Source of the DNA: Paraspadella gotoi
Taxonomy: Eukaryota; Animalia; Chaetognatha
DNA length: 9,097 nucleotides
Assembly: GCA_051294375.1 (NCBI GenBank)
Contig: JBJCIZ010000502.1
Span: forward strand, 1-9,097
Direction: 5' to 3'
Shown: in pieces, positions 1 to 7,526 of the stretch
How the letters are laid out: each line of letters opens with the position of its first letter
Numbering within the stretch: the first letter of the stretch is position 1
Translations under genes and position numbers: made by a program
Notes under the pieces: generated by a model
What the model was told of the DNA's origin: nothing
The model's input: only the letters and a program-made list of their open reading frames with translations
Database searches by the model: none

Positions 1-341
1 AACGAATCATTGATAACCCTTCCGCTAGTTTTTGTGACACGTCTATTTTATATATTTTGGTAAGGTACAGTCATGAGCACGGACCAATCGGTGAGCGAAA
101 TCAGATATTTCTTAATGCAAATACGAAAATATCAAGGGGGCATTAAACAACTATCTCGTAAAAAATAAAAATTAATATCAATGTCCATGAGGACGCGCGA
201 TCTACTTCATAATTGTCAAAAAACAAAAAAAAAAGACAGAATATTTTCAAATGACCGACAAAAGACCAGGTAAACGCAGCAGGGAAAGACGCGACCAAAA
301 AATAACCGAGGCGAGGCATAATATTTGTCCTTACTTTTTCT

Positions 342-366
342 TCTCTCTCTCTCTCTCTCTTTCTCA

Positions 367-424
<58 letters not shown>
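342..424. repeat. (CT)n/(GA)n microsatellite
   Basis: Near-perfect CT dinucleotide run with a few interruptions; it produces the ERERER and SLSLSL ORFs. Confidence 0.97.
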
Positions 425-425
<1 letters not shown>

Positions 426-811
426 AGGAAGAATTCAATTTTCTCGTACGCGGAAACTAAACGTTTCTTCTGGTAAAACATTTGATTAAACCTCGAGCAA
501 AAATTTACGTTAAAGAGAGAAATTTGTACTAATAGGTCACAAGTGATAGAAGAAGAAGACGAGGCGAGATATTCTTCACTTTCTCTCATTCAAAAATTGA
601 TATATTCTAGATACAAAAAAATGGAAAGAAATTAATTACGGATTACATTACTGATTTTTCATTTAATACGTATGATTTTAAGAATCCAGATTATTTTTTC
701 CTTCCTTTAAAATTGAGGAGAAAATTGGCCATCTCCTCCTTGTTCCGAGTCATAAAGAGGTCAATACTTTTTATTGATGGCGAAACTCTTAATGCAAATG
801 CATAAGTGAGT

Positions 812-837
812 ACATGCGAACGGCGAACGGCGAAGCC
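812..837 (+). repeat. 26-bp dispersed direct repeat, copy 1 (ACATGCGAACGGCGAACGGCGAAGCC)
   Basis: Exact match to 5484-5509; internal GCGAACG heptamer repeat ending in GGC-GAA-GCC. Confidence 0.92.
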
Positions 838-880
838 GGTCAGGCCGATATTGGTTTCAGGTGAGCTCTTTGTGACGTCC

Positions 881-1144
881 GTCGTCGGCGTCACGCTTTT
901 TGTATAAAAACTACTACGCTTTTATAGTTTTGGCTGGGACTTACCGTTTTTTTTGGAAAAAAATTGTAACAATTTCCAATTTATATAACAATTGTAACAT
1001 ATTTTTTTCTTCTTTTATTTCTTTAAATTTATAATATATATATTTTTTTTATTTATTTTGTCAGTTGTTGCCTTTTCTGAACCCTTTAAAAAACGAGTTC
1101 AGGCTCTGCAGTGATTGTACAGCTGCCTTCCAGCGGCTGTCCAG
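881..1144 (+). mobile_element. Repeat family A, copy 1 (internally deleted, retains 3' hairpin); HINE/DINE-like non-autonomous element
   Basis: 881-954 aligns with 1506-1582 (GTCACGC...TATAAAAACTACTACGCTTTT...GACTTACCGTTTTTTT) and ~953-1122 aligns with ~1972-2112 (...AAAAACGAGTTCAGGCTCTGCAGTGAyTGTACAG). Hairpin ACAGCTGC-cttcca-GCGGCTGT at 1119-1140. The repeat is clear; the class is inferred. Confidence 0.65.
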
Positions 1145-1145
1145 C

Positions 1146-1230
1146 TTCCTCTCTCTGCTCTCTGTTTGTCTCTCTCTTCTCTTTCTGTCTCTTTGTCTCT
1201 CTCTGTCTCTCTCTGTCTCTCTCTGTCTCT
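1146..1230. repeat. Compound CT/CTGT microsatellite with (CTCTCTCTGT)n units
   Basis: Visible directly; source of the RQRET-type ORFs on the minus strand. Confidence 0.93.
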
Positions 1231-1402
1231 GAACTGCCTCTTGGAAAGATTTCATGAAACATGTTTAGGATAAAAATTCTACCCAATTTTCGTTTATATC
1301 TTTAAATACTTTTCAAACTAGTGAATATCATTTTGTAAATTGATATAGCTTTTAGTGGCACAATGTAGCCCAAAGCCCGTTTCTTTAATACAATTCATTC
1401 AA

Positions 1403-1440
1403 TCTCTCTCTCTCTCCTGTACGATCCTTGCATGATCGTT
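1403..1440 (+). repeat. Repeat family E, copy 1: (CT)n followed by CTGTACGATCCTTGCATGATCGTT
   Basis: Matches 3474-3505; contains hairpin ACGATC-cttgcat-GATCGT (1421-1439). Confidence 0.7.
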
Positions 1441-2112
1441 TTTTTATCGAGCCAGGACAGGCTCGCCTGGTCCTGGGCTCTATAATGTTTTAGGATTGCG
1501 TCGTCGTCGTCGTCGTCACGCTGTTTTTATATAAAAACTACTACGCTTTTTATAGGTTTGGCCTGTGACTTACCGTTTTTTTAAAAAAAAAATTATTATG
1601 AATTATTGATAAAGTTTACAAAAAGTGTGCGATCATAGTAAGTTAAAATTTAGATATGGCTTCTCATCTTGAATAGCTTTGATATTTTCTTATTACATTT
1701 GGATTTAAGTATTTTTTGTTTGGAATTTCCACTTCATTATGATTTACTGCAATATGCAAATGATATATAGTACTCATTATAATATCCAAATTAGCATTAT
1801 AGGAAATGCTTTAACCTAATCTTACATACTGCAGTATATAATATTTGAAGATGAAATTAAAAAAAAAATTTTTAAATCTATAATAAAATGGGAACTCCCT
1901 TGACCTTTTTAATGAGAAGCTATATCTTAATTTTAATACAAATAAAAATAAAATCTTTTACAAGCCAATGATTGGAAAAATTTAGGAAAAATTTCCAATT
2001 GTAAACATATTGTAACATATTTTTGCCTTTCTTTTATTTTCTTTAAATTCGTATATAAATATATTTTTCTTTTTCTGAAAAAACGAGTTCAGGCTCTGCA
2101 GTGACTGTACAG
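1441..2112 (+). mobile_element. Repeat family A, copy 2 (longer copy, 3' end cut by family B); HINE/DINE-like non-autonomous element
   Basis: Begins in a T-run, then a GC-rich hairpin at 1449-1480 (GAGCC-AGGAC-AGGC..GCCT-g-GTCCT-g-GGCTC), (GTC)6 at 1500-1517, a core shared with copy 1, and 3' GTTCAGGCTC (2087-2096), which is the inverse of 5' GAGCCAGGAC with 2 mismatches. No TSD or ORF. Confidence 0.65.
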
Positions 2113-2582
2113 TAGAGTGGAGCACTCAGAACAAAAAATTTATTTGAATGATTGAATAATGATATTTAGATGTGAGATAGTATGATTAATTAGTAGACAA
2201 AAATATTTTGTTCATATTATCTCGGAACAGAATAGTAAAATATAATATATTGTAGTAATATCCTTATAAAATAGTAAATTTTTAAAAAATAATTTTTATA
2301 AAACTTTTATTAAAGAATTCAGATTCTTCATAAAAAGTTGAATCAAAAATATAAACAATGTTATCAAAAATTCTGTCATCTTCAATGTTTAAAATAAGAA
2401 AAAAGTGAAAATTCCTGACTTTTTTATTCTCTGTAGTAGAAACTTATATAATGTATGTTAAAACGTTTTAGTCCATTTTTTGTGATCTAAAACATTAAAT
2501 ATCATATTAACATATTTTATAAAAAGTTTCTTCGTTTTTACAGCGATCCAAATCAGTTCTTAAAATAAAAAAAAAAATATTT
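2113..2582 (+). mobile_element. Repeat family B, copy 1 (~470 bp, AT-rich, begins TAGAGTGGAGCACT)
   Basis: Colinear similarity with 6567-7030 over its length (GATATTTAGA, TATCCTTATAAA, GATTCTTCATAAAAAGTT, ATCAAAAATATAAA, AAACGTTTT, TAACATATTTTA); sharp shared left boundary. The right boundary is approximate. Confidence 0.8.
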
Positions 2583-2712
2583 TGAAATTGTGACGATTTT
2601 ATAAGAATTTACTACATAAATAATTGAATTTGCTATACTGTTATGCTAAAAATTTTTTTAAAAGGATTTAAAATTCATTAATTGTATGTCCATAGGCAGC
2701 GAAAAAATAATG

Positions 2713-2764
2713 AACATGACCTAATAACCGTTTCGCGTTTCTCTATCTTCTCTCTTTCTCTTCT

Positions 2765-2797
<33 letters not shown>

Positions 2798-2826
2798 ACA
2801 AAAAAAATTATATTCACTTTTTTTTT
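2713..2826 (+). repeat. Repeat family D, copy 1: AACATGACC..AAT, (CT)n, TACAAAAAAAATT..ATTCA..T-run
   Basis: Same flanks on both sides of a CT microsatellite as at 3705-3814. Confidence 0.65.
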
Positions 2827-3071
2827 CACCACCGTCACTCATTTTTATCTTTTTTAAATAATAATTATTTGAGTTGTGATAACTATTTATAAATTAGTTA
2901 AATATGCAAATATAAAATTTGACCTCGGTCTGGTTTCTTTCCTAAAAAAAGAACAATCTAAAATATAATCAAGATTAAAATTTTTGAAGATGAGGAAATA
3001 AAATTTTTTTGATAAGTAAAAAAAATATTTCGAATCAAAAAAATATTATAGGAAAATAGTTATAATAGTTA

Positions 3072-3142
3072 TAAATAATATATATAATATAATAATATTA
3101 TACATATAATATATAATATAATAATAATATATATAATATAAT
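3072..3142. repeat. AT-only low-complexity tract, (TATAA/TA)n
   Basis: Almost pure A/T with ATATA/ATAAT periodicity. Confidence 0.9.
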
Positions 3143-3380
3143 AGTTATATTGAAAATAGTTTAAGACTTATCGAAAAGTTTTCATTTCATACAATCATAT
3201 CAATCTCATTTTTTTCAATAATATGCGAACAGATAAGGTTTTCAACCTCATTTTGAACTAGATGAACAAAAGACTTCAGTCTTATTTCAATTGAAAAAAA
3301 AAGAAAGTTAATTTATGGCTTAATCACACCACTAACAAAACCAATTTTATTTCTTCACGTTCTAAATATTTGTTTGCCGG

Positions 3381-3482
3381 TCTCTCTCTGTGTGTCTCTC
3401 TCTCTGTGTGTCTTTCTCTCTCTGTGTGTCTCTCCTTCTGTCTCTCTTGTCTCTCTCTCGTGTGTGTGTCTGGTCTCTCTCT
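3381..3482. repeat. Compound (CT)n/(GT)n microsatellite
   Basis: Alternating CT and GT runs. Confidence 0.92.
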
Positions 3483-3505
3483 GTATGATCTCTTGCGTGA
3501 TCGTT
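3474..3505 (+). repeat. Repeat family E, copy 2
   Basis: CTCTCTCTGTATGATCTCTTGCGTGATCGTT matches 1403-1440. Confidence 0.7.
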
Positions 3506-3704
3506 CGTTTTTGAAAAATTCTGATTATTTTTTTCCTTTTAAAAAATTTTATCGCCATTTATTATTTTATCTCAATACAAAATCCCAAAATAACTTACTT
3601 GACCTAGATTTCGTGGTCGTTGCGGGGCAACGAGTAAACAATGTCAAGGAATATGACCTAATACGCGTTATGGCAACGGAAACGTTACGTGTGTAAATAA
3701 AATC

Positions 3705-3814
3705 AACATGACCCAATTTCACGCCCAATTTCTCTCTCTTTCTCACTCTCTCTTCCCTCTCTCTCTCTCTCCTCTCTCTTTTTTACAAAAAAAAAATTGA
3801 TTCAAGTTTTTTTT
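3705..3814 (+). repeat. Repeat family D, copy 2
   Basis: Matches the layout and flanks of 2713-2826. Confidence 0.65.
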
Positions 3815-3991
3815 GCTTTTCTTTTGTGAATCAGCAGGGCGAGAACCTGAGTCCTTTAATTAGTGAGGAGCTTCGCGCTACTCCGAGGCTACCGGACGAG
3901 TTCAGCTTCCTTTCTCTTTTATGTTCTCTTCTCTTTTTTTTCTCCGGTCGCTGCTGCCTTCTGCATTCTGATTTTGTGACTAGTTCGTACG

Positions 3992-4025
3992 GTCGTCGTC
4001 GTCGTCGTTATTGTTGTCGTCGTCG
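3992..4025. repeat. (GTC)n/(GTT)n trinucleotide microsatellite
   Basis: (GTC)5 at 3992-4006 followed by degenerate GTT/GTC units, immediately before the minisatellite. Confidence 0.88.
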
Positions 4026-4040
4026 CGATCAAACTTTTAT

Positions 4041-4411
4041 CTTGCAACTTTTTTTCAACTTGCGCATACTTTTTACATGCTATAATTTTTTTAAATTTTG
4101 TATAATTTTTTCAACTGTATATAATTTTTCATCTTGCATAATTTTTTCAACTTGCATAATTTTTTAATTTTGCATAATTTTTTAAATTGGCATAATTTTT
4201 CAACTTGGCATTAATTTTTTTTCAACTTGCATTAATTTTTTTTTCAACTTTCATATTTTTTCAACTGTGTTATAATTTTTTTAACTTGCATAATTTTTTA
4301 ATTTGGCATAATTTTTAAATTGCATCATGTTTTTCAACTTGCATCCATTTTTTCAACTTGGCATTCATTTTTTTCAACTTGCATAGTTTTTCAACTTTCA
4401 ATAATTTTTTT
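4041..4411. repeat. ~19-bp minisatellite, array 1 (consensus approx. AACTTGCATAATTTTTT[C/T])
   Basis: About 20 degenerate tandem units with variable T-run length. Confidence 0.95.
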
Positions 4412-4624
4412 CTACTTTATGGAAATTGGTACAAACTAATGATGAGAAAATTATTCCAATTCGATTATAATAAATAAGCTATCTTGCGCCCTACTTTGAA
4501 CAGGCCCTTTGTGGTTTAAGCCCTCCATCACTCATGTACCAAGAATAAATGACATTAGCAGTGTCCCTGCAAGTTTTCGAATCAGACTACTTTACAACAG
4601 ATCTCGTTTATTCACTCCAGAGAT

Positions 4625-5012
4625 ATTTTTTTAACTTGGCATAATGTTTTTCAATTTGCATAAATTTTTTAACTTGCATTATTTTTTTAACTTGCCATAA
4701 TTTTTCAACTTGCATGAATTTTTTCAACCTTGCTTAATTTTTTAACTTGCATAATTTGTTTAATTTGCATATTTTTTTTAAATATGCATTATTTCTTAAT
4801 CTTGCCATGAATTTTTCAACTTGCATTAATTTTATTCAACATTGCATAATTTTTTCTTTTTTAACTTGCATAATTTTTTTACTTGCATAATTTTTTTAAC
4901 TTGCATATTTTTTACAATTTGCATAATTTTTTAAACTTGCATAATTTTTTTCAATTTGTATAATTTTTAAACTTGCATATTTTTTTAAACTTGCATACTT
5001 TTTTAAACTTGC
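4625..5012. repeat. ~19-bp minisatellite, array 2 (same unit, same orientation)
   Basis: About 20 further units of AACTTGCATAATTTTTT. Confidence 0.95.
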
Positions 5013-5483
5013 TAATTAGAATATAGTATTTTTTTATTAATTTTCTTTGATAGTAAGGTCTGGCGAGATCACTATACTTTTAAGATTTTTTTTTATCTGG
5101 TTCTGTTGGATATCTGAGAAAGGTTTACGAGGCAATATATTTTCCACAAAGATAAAGATTTATCTGAATGTTGACTCAATAGTTATAAAAGTTTTCTTGT
5201 AATAATCGTGAAAATGTTTATTATTTTCTATACCTCGAGGGTCGCACGTTTGATTCGTCAGGCGTAGGTTGAACTAAATCTTGAATGGCGTAAATGTCGA
5301 ATAAATGGCGAAGAAGACGGCGACATTGATGTAATAAGCAGCGTCGCGAAGCAACCTTTCTTATCCTCGGAGATTTTCGGCATCAATGAGCGGCGCTATT
5401 TGAGTAAGCGAAATCACTCCCAAATCGAAATTCATTTTTTTAAAGGTCGATTGGCGAGATTTTTTAAAGAAAGAGAACGGCAA

Positions 5484-5509
5484 ACATGCGAACGGCGAAC
5501 GGCGAAGCC
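5484..5509 (+). repeat. 26-bp dispersed direct repeat, copy 2
   Basis: Exact match to 812-837. Confidence 0.92.
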
Positions 5510-6566
5510 ACAAGACGGGTTGCATAGTTTTTACGAGGCATATCTTTTTACAATACTATTTTTTTAGTAAAAACCATAACTATTTTTTTTTATCATTTTC
5601 TTAGTTTTATATTTGAATATTCCCAGATCTGTGCTAAAATTTTAATAACACTAATTTTTTTTTTAAATTACGTAAATTACGTACTTTAAATCCATTAATA
5701 ATTTTTGATACTAATCATATTAATTATCGCGCTCATTGATTTGTTTATTATCATTAATTCAGTTTATATTCTTTCTTCCTTTACTTTACTATTTCATCCT
5801 ATTAGATTTGAACCCAAAGTTTAAATTGTTTTTCCTTCTTTTATGCATTTATATTATCCTATATTACTCAAATTACTCAAGTTACTAAATTAACCCGATT
5901 TTAACCGTTAAACCGACGTTTTAAAAAAATTAATGGTAAAGGAAACTCTAGCTTAGAGGGAAATCGAACTTCGTCCTCCATGTCACATGTCAGCTAAATA
6001 CCTAAATCCAAAAAGGTTTTGAAATGAAATATAAATTTTTTAAAAATAAGATAAAAAATCCCAACTGGAGGCTCACTTCGAACACAAAAAGAATAAGAAA
6101 AAGTGAAAGCGAAAATGAGACAGGAAGTGAACCGCGGAGAGAGGCGTCGTGAAACCGGCGCGGGAGGAAAAAAACTTCCGCGCCGTGAATTACCGCCGTT
6201 TGTCAAAGAAGCCACTTTAGAGAGGGAGAGGGAGGAAAGAAAGGGAGAATGAGAGGGAAGGTTTGGAGTAAATGTGAGAAGAGAGGAAGCTGAAACGTTG
6301 GTGAGTCTGGAAAAAAAGAAATGTTTCAAAAAGAAGATTTTAGAACAAAGAAGAATTGTAACGAATCACGGATCCGGTTGGGAATTTGAGAGGAAACAAA
6401 AAAAATGGACGAATGACATGAATAAACGAATTTTAAAAAAAAATGAGATGGGGATAAGTTGGACTGATGTGAAAAAGGGCAAAAGGGTTGAGATTGATTT
6501 CCAGGGGGTATCATGATGATGACAGCCGATTGGCATTATATGAAACTGACAAAGAAGGATGGTTAT

Positions 6567-7030
6567 TAGAGTGGAGCACTGGGGGAACATAATTTTTATT
6601 GAGTGAACAAACAAGGATATTTAGACGTATGAGATAATATGATTAAGGAGTATAAAAATATTTTGCTTTATTGTTTGGGGAACAGTATCATTAATTACAA
6701 TATATATAATATATATATCATAAATTACAATATATTTACATATAATAATTATCCTTATAAATTATTATATTTTTCAAAATAATTTTTTTAAAGTTTTATT
6801 AAAAATTCTGATTCTTCATAAAAAGTTAGATCAAAAATATAAAATATGTTATTAAAAATTTCAATGTCTTCAGCGTCAAAAATGCTTTGTAGTAAAAAAC
6901 TATTATATGATGAAACGTTTTGGTCATTTTTACAGCTTTAACCTAAGATAATATCATGTAACATATTTTACAAAAGGTTTTCAGTTTTTTCCGGCAAATC
7001 GCAAACTGTCTTTAAAATTACAAAAATATT
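6567..7030 (+). mobile_element. Repeat family B, copy 2
   Basis: Starts TAGAGTGGAGCACT and is colinear with 2113-2582, with an AT expansion near 6690-6750; ends where the inverted repeat begins. Confidence 0.8.
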
Positions 7031-7078
7031 ATTTTAGAGATGAAACGAAAAATTTGTTTGTAATAGAAATTATTATTT

Positions 7079-7131
7079 ATTATTGTACATGTTTCGGCTC
7101 TTAGTATTACGAGTCTTCATCAGCAAGTAAT
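7079..7131 (-). ncRNA. Minimal type I hammerhead ribozyme (Penelope-like type)
   Basis: Minus-strand RNA: AUUAcUUG-CUGAUGA-A-GACUC-guaauacuaa-GAGCC-GAAA-C-AU-GUA-CAAUAAU. Core CUGAUGA (7123-7117) and GAAA (7095-7092) are intact, stem II has 4 of 5 pairs, stem III is palindromic ACAUGU, cleavage triplet is GUA, and stem I has 7 bp with one bulge. Confidence 0.82.
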
Positions 7132-7235
7132 TCAATAAAACAAAATTTTGTTAAATATTTAGGTTTTTTTTTTTTTTTTTTTTTTACTAAAAATTTTTCA
7201 CTGTTGTACATTGCCTAATGTATTGATTCGTCCTG

Positions 7236-7236
<1 letters not shown>

Positions 7237-7270
<34 letters not shown>
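7237..7270. repeat. (CT)n microsatellite in the inverted-repeat spacer
   Basis: Visible directly; a T22 run lies at 7164-7185. Confidence 0.92.
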
Positions 7271-7468
7271 TTCTTCTTCGACCAATTTCAAAAAAATCAT
7301 TTTTGCTCTTCTCTTTCCCTACTTTCGACCTGTCCTCAACATCCTGACGCGACTATTCCTTGCTCAATTCTTTGTCGGCAACGACTTCTGCGTCGTCTCG
7401 TCCTCATCTCTCTCGTCTACTACCTCTCTCTCAGGAACTAATGTTTTAAAAGCATTGTTTTATTGAAG

Positions 7469-7526
7469 TTATCTTGCTGCTATTGAAGACTCGTCAATAC
7501 TAAGAGTCGCAAACATGTACAATAAT
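7469..7526 (+). ncRNA. Degenerate hammerhead ribozyme copy
   Basis: CUGcuAuUGA-A-GACUC-gucaauacuaa-GAGUC-GcAAAC-AU-GUA-CAAUAAU: perfect 5-bp stem II, but insertions disrupt CUGAUGA and GAAA. Confidence 0.6.

Noticed and set aside
143-589. 148-aa and overlapping 69-aa ORFs
   Set aside because: Kept open by the (CT)n tract; no recognisable domain.
855-865. TTTCAG|GTGAG recursive-splice-like site; also minus-strand GGTAAGT donors inside family A
   Set aside because: Short motifs with no supporting exon context or strong pyrimidine tract; cannot be supported from sequence alone.
1061-1286. R/E/Q-rich minus-strand ORFs (similarly 3355-3696 and 7211-7441)
   Set aside because: Translations of compound microsatellites.
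4439-4445. Box C-like ATGATGA suggesting a C/D snoRNA in the island
   Set aside because: No downstream box D (CTGA) or terminal stem on that strand within the island.
4535-4580. Peptide TCRDTANVIY resembling the start of a Penelope GIY-YIG endonuclease
   Set aside because: No following Cys pair or YIG/YVG motif; the frame stops shortly after.
4041-5012. CRISPR-like array
   Set aside because: Units are directly tandem and degenerate, with no unique spacers and no cas genes.
5236-5261. tRNA T-arm-like GGTCGCACGTTTGATTCGT, and a minus-strand CUGACGA
   Set aside because: No A-box or cloverleaf; no stem II or properly placed GAAA for a hammerhead.
5956-5985. Minus-strand B-box-like GTTCGATT (possible tRNA/SINE remnant)
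   Set aside because: T-stem pairs poorly and there is no A-box or cloverleaf.
5994-6614. Overlapping short ORFs in a purine-rich region
   Set aside because: Compositionally biased, mutually overlapping, with no recognisable protein.
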